The notes under the pieces: generated by a model
The model's input: the letters and a program-made list of their open reading frames with translations, nothing else
The model's database searches: none
Told to the model about the DNA's origin: nothing
Program-made: the position numbers and the translations under genes
Assembly: GCA_028534125.1 (NCBI GenBank)
Contig: CM052837.1
Span: forward strand, 620,001-684,000
Length of the DNA: 64,000 nt
From: Lama glama
Lineage: Eukaryota
Direction of reading: 5' to 3'
Shown here: positions 1 through 11,000 of the stretch, in pieces
How the letters are laid out: each line of letters begins with the position of its first letter
How positions within the stretch are numbered: position 1 is the first letter of the stretch

Positions 1-3000
1 CCCTCCCTGGCAGGTTGGTGGGGCCCTGGGCGTTACTGGTCCCTAACTTGCACCGGGAGTACAGGGTGGGGCCTGGCCTTTGGGGCGCCCCTCTGTCTGG
101 GGCAGGCCGACGGGCCCCTGTGGGCAGAGGGGGCTGTGCAGTCTGAAGCCTGGCTGCACCTCCCCAGAGGCTGGCTTGTGCCAGGGCCCTGGGCGTCTCC
201 ATGCCAGGCCACTTGTTAAGGTCACGGAAGTGTCTCCACGGGGCGCTGGTGGGAGGAAGCAGGAAGTCTCGCTCAGAGAAGAGTCCGAGGAAGTCCTGGG
301 GGGTGGGCTTGAGAAGCAGAGGAGGGGTGGCGTGTGGATGAAGGCCAAGGGGCAGTGGCCGGCCTGCGTGCCGTGGGGGGCGTGGCCAGGTGCGTGGAGG
401 CCTGTGCCTGCTTGCTTTGTCCCCAGCTGCGTGTGACCTGGAGCAAGGCTCCACCTCTCTGACCGTCTCTTCTCTGCAAAATGGAGACTCGCTTCTCCGC
501 TGGGTGGCTGTGTGTTGAGCAGTGCCCGGGGGTGAGAGCCCAGACTGGGGCCTGGGGGGGAGAGTCTGTTCTAGTGAAGCTCGGGGCCAGCTGAAGGGAG
601 GTCAGCAAGGGTTTCAGATTCGACGAGGGAGGGGCACAGGGTGGACGTATGGCTGATGGGGCCGGGAGGGCTGGGACGGGAGTTTCCGGAGGAGAATCTG
701 GGGTTGCTAAAAGGCAGCCTGACCCTTGCACTTGCTCTTCTCACCCCAGACTTAGCGCAGTTTGCAGTGAGCGAGCTCCTTTATTAAAATATTAGAGCAG
801 CTGGCGGCGGGGGGTTCGTTACCTGGAGTAATCAGTCGATGGTGGAGTGCTTTGGGGTGAACCAGACCCGGGGTGGGGGGTGGGGGGCGGGGGCTGTCAG
901 GCAGGGCAGTGGCTTTGTCGGGTGGGCTCCCAGTGGCTGCCCCGCAGACTTCTGAGTAACTCCGATGGCAAAGCTTGGTCGGGAATTCCCATGCTGGCTT
1001 CCAGAACCCAGCAGCAGCCTGAGGTTACTTGGATGCAGCTGGTTTTACATGAGCATTTACCTTTCCTTAAGACTCTGACTCCAGATTTTGAAGCTGGGAA
1101 GTGCTTTGAATCCTTCTATACCTGACATTATTTTTCTTTCGTTTTCTTTTGGGCAAGCCAAGGCTCTTGGAATTTCACATTGTACAGCGGCTCCATCTTG
1201 GGACTGCGGCCAGGGGGACCCCCAGAGTCCACCTCCTTGACGGGGCCCTTTCTGGGGGTCCTCTGGCCCCCCTGGAGCTGGGTCCCTGCTTTTGTGAAGC
1301 CCCTCAGTGCAAGGGACGCTGGGGGGCGGTGGGTTGTGGGAGATGGAGGGGCGCCGTGGGGGTGGGGGTGGGGCGTGGAGGTTCCTGTGGGGGAGGACCG
1401 CAGTCTTCCAGGAGGGGCTCCTGTTCCCACGGGGCAGTTGGCTTCTTGGGCTGATGTGGGGTGGACCTGCGCTGGGTTCCCACCTGGGCAGCGTGGAGGT
1501 GGCTGCTTGACCCTTCCCTGGGTCCTGACGGGATGCCGGTTGTGCTGCCCCTCCCCCTCCCCACCCACTCCTGGGCCACTTGCTCTCCCCGCTGGTCAGA
1601 CTTCAGGAGGTGGAAAATCAAGGCTTTAGGAAGGAGCAGCTGGGCTGGCAGCCCTGAGACGCCGCAGGGCTGCCCTGGGGCTCGGGGGATGTCTGGACCC
1701 CCGTGCCCTCTGTGCTGGACCCTCCATCTGCTGCCTGGGACCCGCTCCCCGGAGGGTTACCCGGAACCAGCCTGCAGTGGACGGCTGCCCTTCCCAGGCC
1801 CAGGCTGCCCCGATGTGTGGGCCCCCAACACCTAGAACCTTAGCTGGGATTCGGGGCACCCTTGGCTGTGAAGAGCAGGACCATGGCCCACCAAGCCTGG
1901 GGGGCACTCAGGCTCATCCAACTGGAGGGGCCAGAAGCAGGGTTTGGTCCAGAGGAGTCTGGTCCGTGTGACATGCTGTGGATCCCACCTGGCAACAGGC
2001 CTGCAGGTGTGTGCAGACAGCATGCCTTCCCCCCTCCCCCGACCAGAGCATGAGTTCCTGCTAAAAGCAGTGGGGAGGAGGGGTCAGGTGGCCTCCCGGA
2101 GGGACAGGGGCTGGGGGTCCTGGTGTGATGTCCTGGGACTGTGAGGAGCAGAAAGTGCTTGTGCTCGGGGGTCACCGTGGGCACCAGGGGAGGGGCGATG
2201 GGCCGTGGCTGCTTGGCCCCGGGGGCTGTCTTGACCTCATCTGAATCTAGGAACCAGATGTGAGGAGGCGGGGCAATTTCCCAGCCACCATCCAGGGAGA
2301 CTTCCCCTGGGAAGTTGGGCGAGGTTATGGGTGGATTGTTTGCTCCGTGTCTGGGCCGACAGCCCTGTTCTCCTTGCTGGTTGTGCCTGGCCCGGGGTTG
2401 CCAGCCGCAGGAGCCTCTGGGGTTCTTAGCGCGTTGGCACTGGCTCCCTCGACGAGAGTGCGGCTCTGAGTCTGGAAAGGAAAGAACTTCCTTTCTGGAG
2501 ACGAGACTCAGGCTGAAGGCCAGCACGAGGTCCGGAGGAAGCTGGGCACGAGTGAGCGGGGAGGACAGACCTTTTCTCAAGTGCTGCCTGTCCCACTTCT
2601 GGGCCACAAGGGCTGTGTCGGTGGGAGGGAGACTCAGGCCCAGGGAGCGTGGCCCTGGGGCCGGTGGTTCCCAACGCGGGGCCCAACACTGAACCATGAA
2701 AGAAAGCACCCCCCACCCCCCCTCCCCGTTCTGCTCCGTCCTCATTGGAGAAAGGCTCCACTTAATGACTGCAAGGTGGTGGGGTGATGCAGCAGGTGGC
2801 GGATGGCGGGGTGCACAGAGCCTGGCGGGTGGGCCTGCCCCCTCCAGCCTCTCGGAACCCAGGCCCCCGCGGAGCGCCGGGAACCTGCTGGGGATAGCAG
2901 CCTTGACTGGATGGGGCAACCGCAGACCCACCCCACCCCAGAGCTGGCCAACACCCACCCCAGGGGCCAAGCAGGTGGGCCTGCAGGGGAGGGTTTGCGA

Positions 3001-3229
3001 AGGCATCTGAATGACTGGGAGTCTCATTCACCCTGAGCCCGTGACCGGATACCTGCAACTTACACAGAAGCAAACTGGCATTTTCGCTCCCCTCTTTCTC
3101 TTAAGGAACCACCGATTTTCATCAATTTTCTTTTTCTGCCATTTTCTGCAATAATTACAGCCAGTGTTAACAGGACGTCTTTGTAGTGCCTGGGACTGCA
3201 CATTTGGTCCCATCTGAAGTCGGTTCCGG

Positions 3230-3495
3230 CTTGTAAACCACAGAAATGTGTTTCTCACGGTTGCGGAGGCTGGAAGTCCACGGCCAAGGTGCCAGCATGG
3301 TCTCCTGCGGGGGAGGCCCTCCTCCTGACCACGCCTTCTATCTGTGTCCTCACAGCTGGAAGGAAGGGGGCACTCTGTGGGGTGGCTGACCCCCTCAGGG
3401 GGCTCCGCCCTCGTGCCCAGATCACCTCCCAGAGGCACCACGTCCTACTGCTGTCATCTTTGGGGTCAGGGTTCCGCAGACATTTGGAGCACAGG
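3230..3495. mobile_element. MLT1-type (ERVL-MaLR) LTR relic
   Basis: cagaaatgtgtttctcacggttgcggaggctggaagtcc...aaggtgccagcatgg and atcacctcccagaggc resemble the recalled MaLR consensus. Confidence 0.7.
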
Positions 3496-4786
3496 AGTCC
3501 TTCCAGCCACCTTGCTGGTGGTCCGGCCATTCGGCCATTCTGTGCTTGGGACAGCAAGGCCTGGAGGTGTGTGGGGGGGTCAGATCGCGTTCATGGAAGC
3601 ACCCACTCCCGAGTCCAGAGCTTTCCAGGACGTCCCACAGCGTGGTAACGCCTTGTCTTCTGTGAGGAGCACAGAGAACGTGCGCCCCAGTGATGCCAGG
3701 TTCACCCGCTGACTTGTCGTCAGCAGCGGCGCTCTGCTTGTTCCCTGGGAACCCACAGTGTGTCCGGGGCCCTCTGGGCCGTGGCAGCTTGAGCGTCTTT
3801 GTGTTGCTGTGTGGCTCCTGCTTTCTGGGTCCCGGCAGCTTCTCTCTGCTCAGAGCCATGGTCACGAGACCCAGCCATGACGTGGGAGGAATTTCATACT
3901 TGGGTTGTGAGCCCGCTCAGCTGAACTTCCTGGGCGTCTGTCCTGGAGGCAGTTCGTAGGCGCGTGAGCAGGTGTCCTCGCCTCAGACCAGATTTAGCAG
4001 CTACAGTAATATTTGGGCCAGAGGCATCGGCCAGGATGGAAGCGTTGGGTCCCGAGCCTGCCGGCCCTCAGCGAGCCCCACCTGCCCTCTGCCTTCCCTG
4101 GAGAAGGGGTCCCTCTGGCCGGGTCCCGCTTCCTGAAAGCAGATCCATTCTTCTCTCACCGTCTCCGCCGTCCAGAAACGGCTCACCGAAGAGAATACCC
4201 GAGTCTGCAGGAGTCTGCCCAGGGACGACGTGTCCTGTCCAGTCCTGTGCCTGGACCGTGGCGTTGACCCTGCCCGCCGCTCGGCACCCAGGCCTTCCAC
4301 CCTCACCCACGCGATGCCCTGGATTCCCTCCCTGATCGGCAGAATGAAGCGAAGAGGACAGTAGCTGGGGTTGGCCTGTGAGTGGGGCGGCCCTGCCCAT
4401 TGCTCTCTGGAAGGGCCCAACGTCTCCTGCCCGTGTGACCCTCCCTCGGCTGCAGGAAGCCGGCAGGTGTGTGCGGAGTGGACAGGCGCCCATGGTGAGG
4501 CTCCGGTCACCCTGTGCCTGTGCGCTCTCGTCCCTTCTCACTGCCCAGCTGTTCCTGCCATTCAAGATGTTTGCTGTGCACCTTCTCTGAGCTCGGAGGT
4601 CTAGACCCTGGGAGGAAGGCAGTGGACAAGCCCCAGTCCCCGCCTGAGTAGAGCTGGTTCTCACTGGGCAGATGGGCTGGGGGGAGGGGTCTCTTGGCCG
4701 GTGTCTGTTCAGTGAGCACCGCGAGTCAGAGCAATTGTGGCAAGGACACAAGTCGTGTGTTCCCGATTTGTTCCTTAAATGCAGCA

Positions 4787-4817
4787 ACGCGCGCGCGCAC
4801 ACACACACACACACACG
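4787..4817. repeat. (CG)5(CA)9 microsatellite, Z-DNA prone
   Basis: Read directly from the sequence. Confidence 0.9.
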
Positions 4818-6904
4818 GCTCATCTTACTTTACTTACTTTCAATAGTAACCATGGAAAAACAGCTTTGACTGGAAGACAGATAAATAAAAGCACAGTGTA
4901 TTTCTTCCTGTCTCTTCTGAACTGTTTCCAGATGTGTCCTGTTTTGGACCGAGCTGGGCAGAGGTGCCTTTCTTTTGTCTGAGCTCGGGCGGGAGTCAGG
5001 TTGGTTCACACACTTATGGTCGGATTAGCACTGGGTTGACGTGGTTCCCAGCCGGACCTAAGGGTTGGCTGTAGACGTCTCCTTTGTCCTGAGGCCAGGC
5101 AGCGTTTTGCTGGTGTTCAGCACCATGAATACACACGGGGCCAGTCTGTGTATCTGTGCCGGTTGTTTGCACGCATGCACGTGGAAGGCTTGGCCCTGAG
5201 TGGTCCACACTGCAGACAAAAGTAGATATCTTGCTCTGAGCCCGAGTAGCAAATAGACTTTCTCTGCGCTTGACGACAGAGCTCTGCTTGCTTTGCTGAG
5301 CTCGTTTCTTAGAGCGCTGCATGTCGCTGTCTCTCGGAAAGACTCTGCAGGCAAGGAGGAAGCCAGTGTTTCCGGTGGCAACAGCCCAGGGTACTGGCCA
5401 CCGAGGGGCTGAATTATCTTTTTGGTACAGAAACAGCATTTCAGTTTGTGGAAGTCTGAGAAGTCACAAATACCCAAGAACAGCTTTTGAACAGTTTTTG
5501 AGAACTTGCAGTATTTGGATCACTTGAAGAACACTAACTTTTCAGTGATTTAAAGACCTAGGTTTGCTGACCTTATTTTCCAGTCTGGAGGAGATTGCTC
5601 ATGAGAAGCAAAGGCTTAAAATGATAAATCCAAGTTTAAAAAAATAATGGGTTCGGTGGAAAGATGTGTAGAAGTTGCGATAGAATTAAATGGAGACAAA
5701 TGGATAGTCCGGAAAGTCTGGATTTAAAAAATGAACTCCCTGACTGTGGTGCCGGGAAGCTCTGGTTAGCGTCCCCTTCCATAGGTGGGACTGGCCGACC
5801 GGCTAGTGACCTCACGTGGAGTGTGGGCCGCCTGTGTCGGGCGTTTAAAATTGACATGGCAGGAAACACACAGGCTACTGCAGCTTGCTCTCCAGACCTT
5901 CCCAGGGCTCTGGGCCAGCTGCCCAGCTCTGACCACCAGGCACCTACTGCCCCTGAAGGAAGCCCTTTTCCCTTTGCAGCCTTGCTCCTTCCCCCCACAG
6001 CCAGCCTTTCCAGGAAGTTCCCCTGCTGCCCTCAGCCACTCGGCACCAAGCTGAGGTGAGAAGCGCCCTTCACACTCCGCTGTGCCTTCACTCCGGGGAG
6101 CTGTGCCACAGGGGGACCCTTTCCCTCTCGTTTCTTTTGTCTGATGCCCTATTCACCCCCATGGCGCCTGGAACCGAATGTTAAACATCTTAGGAATCCA
6201 CCAAAGTGAGCCAGCTGATTTTAGTAATTTTAGAAAATAATTTCAAACAAAGACATCTGATGGTGAAGATGACCCCTACTGGACGTCTGCCGGGGCCCCG
6301 AGTGGGCCCCAGATGGGGCAGCAGTGAGCAGCACCTTGGTCCTCCTGAAAGCCATAAGGAGAAAGATGGGGTCCCGCTGGAGCGGCGCGGTGCCTGCCAG
6401 GCAGGAGTCTGCGCGGAGCCCAGGCTGCGCCCCGTCACTGAGCCAAACTCGGGTCTGCTTGCCACCCGAGTGCGCAGTGAAGCCAGCCTGCTGGTGCGGG
6501 GCTGTGAGGAAGGAGAGTGCAGCGTCCATCGCAGGCGCCAGACAAGGAGTCCAGGGCAGCTCGTCCAGACTCCATGAGGGGTTTCAGCAAAGCATCTTTC
6601 AAGGCCACACGAGGGAGGGGAGACCAGGGCTTGTGGCCCCTCGTGCGCTGTTCTCTGAGTGGCTGATGTGAGCTAACAGGGCGGTGTCGCAGGTCACCAG
6701 TATCCAGCCCAGGCTTCCTGGGTCTGGGGGCTGTGTGCTCATGGTCATCAAGGAATTTACTTCTTCCACTTGGTGGGGTTTCAGCATCAGACCCTGTTAC
6801 CCGGTGCTTCAGAGGGGAGGGAAAGCAGGGGGTCTGTCAGGTAAGGCCCCTCGGGTCCTGCTGACACAGCAGTGATCTGCTCTGGTCTTGCCTCCTCCAC
6901 CCTC

Positions 6905-6979
6905 TGCTCCAGCCCCCAGCTCCACGCCCCCAGCTCCACAACACCCCCAGCTCCAGCCCCCAGCTCCAGTCCCAGCTCT
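6905..6979. repeat. Short CCCCAGCTCCA tandem repeat, about 6 degenerate units
   Basis: Read directly from the sequence. Confidence 0.85.
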
Positions 6980-7844
6980 GTTTCCTGGAGGCCCTTGCCC
7001 GGCTGCCCCTTCCCTTTCTGTGGGCTTGGCCAGCGGGAGGATCCACGCAGATGGGGCAGCCTCACTCTGCCCTTGTTACCAGCTCTTTCTGTTAAATAAC
7101 AAATACAGTAAAAAACACACAGCGAAAATGGGGAGTGGCTGATCATGTGCCAAGCTGGGTTGAACCTGACCACGTGAGGATTGAGCTGATCTTAGTGTTC
7201 TGCCCTCCGGCAGCTTTCTGCCTCTTCTGGTTCTGCTCCAGGTCCCTGGTTTCCAGAGCTGACTGTCACCCTCTCCGCGTGGGCTGAGTTGGGTCACTGC
7301 CTCCCAATCCGGTCAGCTTGTTCAGGAGGATACTGCGCTCAGGTTGGCGGACCGAGCCTCGCGATCAGCCCGGGTGTGGAGGCAGGGGCCTCGAGGGCGC
7401 GAGAGGCGGGGGCCGGGTTGTCTCAGGCCCCCCGCACTTTCGGCGCTGGCGGAGAACACAGGCCTCCCACCACCCCGGCCCTGCTCCCCAAACCACTGCG
7501 GCTCCGCAGAGTTGGGGTCCCCTGTCCCACAAGACCTGCGCTTACCCAGAAGACTGGGCCTCACTGAGGCCAGTGGCCTCTGAGGGCAGGTGTGTCCAGA
7601 GCCTAGGGCAGGAGCCCTGCTTTCACTGGACGCAGGACCCTTGGTTTCCGTTGGCAGTATGGCTGCGAGTCTGTGTGGGTGGCAGCCTGCTTTCTGGAAA
7701 GAGCCTTCCACGCAGCAGGTGCTGGAGTGGCTGTTCCCCTCCAGGCTGGTGGGCCTGGGCTACAGTTTGCAGAATTCTTCCACCCAAACTGCCCTGTGCT
7801 CTGGCCCTCCACGGCCCTGACTGACCCCCCTTCCTTGTGCCCAG

Positions 7845-8044
7845 GGAACTGCTGGAGACCACATGCCGCCTGGCCAACACACTCAAGAGGCATGGAGTCT
7901 GCCGAGGGGACCGCGTGGCCATCTACATGCCCGCCTCCCCGCTGAGCGTGGCTGCGATGCTGGCCTGTGCTCGGATCGGAGCCATCCACAGCGTGGTCTT
8001 TGCTGGCTTCAGTGCAGTGTCTCTGACGGGCAGGATCAATGACG
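7845..8044 (+). CDS. ACSS1: ACSS1 exon 3 ([17 protein letters not shown]...GRIND)
   Basis: ttgtgcccag|G acceptor, GACG|gtgagc donor, 200 nt. Confidence 0.95.
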
Positions 8045-11000
8045 GTGAGCAGCGGGCTTTGGGATTGCGGGGGAAACCTGGGCCCCCCCCGGCCTTGAGG
8101 GGCTTCGAGTGGCACAGACTCTACTCACAGTCACACGTACACACGACAAACACCGCCGGGGACAGACTGGCTGAGTGAGCCCGTGCCATGTGAGCTTCCA
8201 TCTGAGTGGGTGGGACTTGGCTTTGCGAAGAAGGCCGGAAGGCCCCAGGTGGAGGGGAGGGAGTAGGTTCCGGAGGGGCGGGGGGAGCACAGATATGCGG
8301 GGACCTGGAGGGGGCTGTGTGCTGCGGGGCAGGGGGCGCCGAGGCTGGGCAGGTGCGGGGAGGCCCCCCAGGTCACCCGTGGGAAGGCTTCTGTGCTGAG
8401 GAGTGAGGGGCGGACCACCTCCGGGACAGGTGTGCAGACCCGTGCTGGCTCCTCCTGGTGTCGGAGTGCTGAGTGCTGAGCGGTGGCTTCAGATCTTGCA
8501 GCCTGACCCCTGCTCCTGGAGATTCTAGAGAGTTCTCTGAGCTGGCTCTCCACGGAGGGGGCCGAGTTCTGGGGGCTTTGGGGAGTTCTTCGTGTCTCAC
8601 AGGAGACCTGCCTTCGGGCGACCGCCCGAGCTCAGGGCAGAGTTCTCAGCCCCCAGCCGAGCACCCTCTTCAGAGCAGACTGGGGCTTTCTGCTCCCTGT
8701 CAGCGTCTCCCCTCTTCTTCAGGGGGTGCTGCCACTCCCTTCCCTCTCACTCCCTCTCCCTCTGTAGCGCCCACCACGTGCCAGGCGTCATTCTAAGCAA
8801 TGTGCGGAGGCCATTCCTTTAATTTTGACTTAGTCCCTCTGGGGCCTGAGAGAGCCCTGCTCCCCCGCACCCCCGGTCCCTGGGCGTGCTGGGCCCCAGG
8901 TTCCCGCCCGAGGGGCGCCCTCGGGCAGGGAGGCCGCAGACAGGTGGGCACCGGGTGAGGCCTGTGCCTCGGAGGCCGGAGCTCCAGCCCCAGGATGGGC
9001 AGGGCCGCTACTTCTCCGGGGCGTCCTGAGCCTTGTCTCTCATCCCCTGGAGAGGGGTCCCTTTCTATCTGCTGGGCCGCCCCCTTCCTCCCGGACGAGG
9101 CGTTTCCCTGGACAGTCGCAGCTCCGGGATGTAGGCCTGGAGGGTTGTGGGCAGGCTCTGTCCACCTGACCTGGTTTCCCCAGGGCGACCGACGGCCAAG
9201 GTCTGAGGAGCCCAGAGTGTGTGCAGCCGGGGACTGGCGTGCGGGGCTGAGGACACTGCCCTTGGCGGCCGGGTGGTTGGAGTAGCTCTTCAGCCCAGGC
9301 GAAGGCAGCCCACAGGGCCCGGGGCGGGAGGAGGCTGTGAGTGTGTCTCCAGAAAGCACGTGTCAGACGGGGAGCTGGGGGAGAGGGTGGCTCAGGTGGG
9401 GTCTCCCCTGGCAGCGGCCCCGAGGCGAGAGTTCAGGTGCAGGCAGTCCCCGTGGGAGGGGGTCTTGCGGAGACTGTGGGCTGTGGGGAGTGCGGCCGGG
9501 CGGGGAATCAGCCAGGCCAGCGTCTGCAGCGGGTGCCCAGGGCTCGGACCTGCGGGAAAGCTCTGGGAGGAGACGGGGCCCCGCGTGAGGACGACCCGGA
9601 GGGTGGGAGTCGGGTGAGGGCTGCTGGGGCAGGTGGTTCCCCAGCTGGCCCACCGGGGCTCCGCGTCAGCCCTCGGTGCAGAGCTCGGCGCAGGTCCGAG
9701 GGCTGCTGTGGGCGGCAGCACGGCAGCCGGACAAGTGTCCCGTGCTCTTCCTTAGGGGCCAGTTGTCCAGCTGCCCAACTCGGCCCCGAGCCCTCCCGGC
9801 AGTGCCTGGCTGGGGCGTGCTGGACGGTGGTCTGGCTGGCCCCTCACCTGGGAGGGCCTGGGGCAGGCTGGAGGGAGTGGAATTCTGAAAGCGCTGAACT
9901 TCCAGTGCCTTCTCTCCAGTTGCGCCTCCCAGAGCCGGGAGAGGCTGGGACCTGTGCACCGAGCACGAAGGTTGCGGGGCAGGCAGAACCACACTTGTTC
10001 CCGTTGCCCCTTTTGCTGGAGGTGGACCTTCTCCGTCCACCCCTGGGCCTGGATGTGTGGCTGTCGGCTGGGGCCCGAGAGTCCGCTGGGGAGGAAGCGT
10101 CAGCCACACCCGCGTTTGTTGACAGCCAAGTGCAAGGTGGTCATCACAGTCAACCAGGCGCTGCGGGGCGGGCGCGTGTTGGAGCTGAAGAGGATCGTGG
10201 ATGAGGCCGTGAAGCACTGCCCGAGCGTCCAGCACGTGATGGTGGCCCACAGGACGGACCGCAAGGTGCACATGGGGGACCTGGACATCCCCCTCGAGCA
10301 GGTGGGTTTAGCACACTCGTACAGCGCGCGGGGAGGAGGTAGTTCTTGGGTCCGTGGGGTCTGGGTCTTGTCATTGCGGCTCTTGGTCTGGGTCCCGCAG
10401 AGGTGCCCAGGGCTCCCCTGTGGTATCTCATGGGCTTCCCTCTGTGCCCACAATCCTAGAGAAACACTTAATGTGACAGAAATGCTCGGCTCAGTCCTTT
10501 GATTTGGAATGGAACCTGGGCAGGCTGGAGAAGGTGAAGTCCGCCCCGGGTCTGCCGCACCCTGCGGCCCTGGGGAGAGGTGTTCCCGGTGAGGGCGGCG
10601 AGGTCACTGCCCCGGACGGGCTGTCTGTCTCTTCTCCTTGCAGGCAATGGCCAAGGAGGAGCCTGTGTGCGCCCCGGAGAGCATGGGCAGCGAGGACATA
10701 CTCTTCCTGCTGTACACCTCGGGGAGCACCGGGAAGCCCAAGGGACTCGTGCACACGCAGGCGGGCTACCTGCTGTATGCCGCCCTGACGCACCGGGTAC
10801 AGCCGGCACCCCGCGGGGCTGCGGGCGGAGGGGAGTGGGTGGGGGGCAGTTCCCGCGAGCGGCTGCTCCTTGTGTGGTCACGAGGCGCCGGCGCAGGGGA
10901 GGGGTGGGCGCGGGGTCGGGGAGCGGGGCAGCGCCTCTGTCCTTGCTGTCAGGGCCTGGGCCCCAGCCCTGCGTCTCCCGTGGGGCCTCACGTCTGCTCT

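Noticed and set aside
216-224. ERR-type element TTAAGGTCA in an ACSS1 intron
   Set aside because: Biologically plausible, but a single 9-mer in 64 kb is not supportable without conservation or ChIP data.
1-7844. ACSS1 exons 1-2
   Set aside because: I found no transit peptide or NCLDQH/ALIWERDEPG-like coding sequence. This stretch appears to be intron 2, with those exons upstream of the window.
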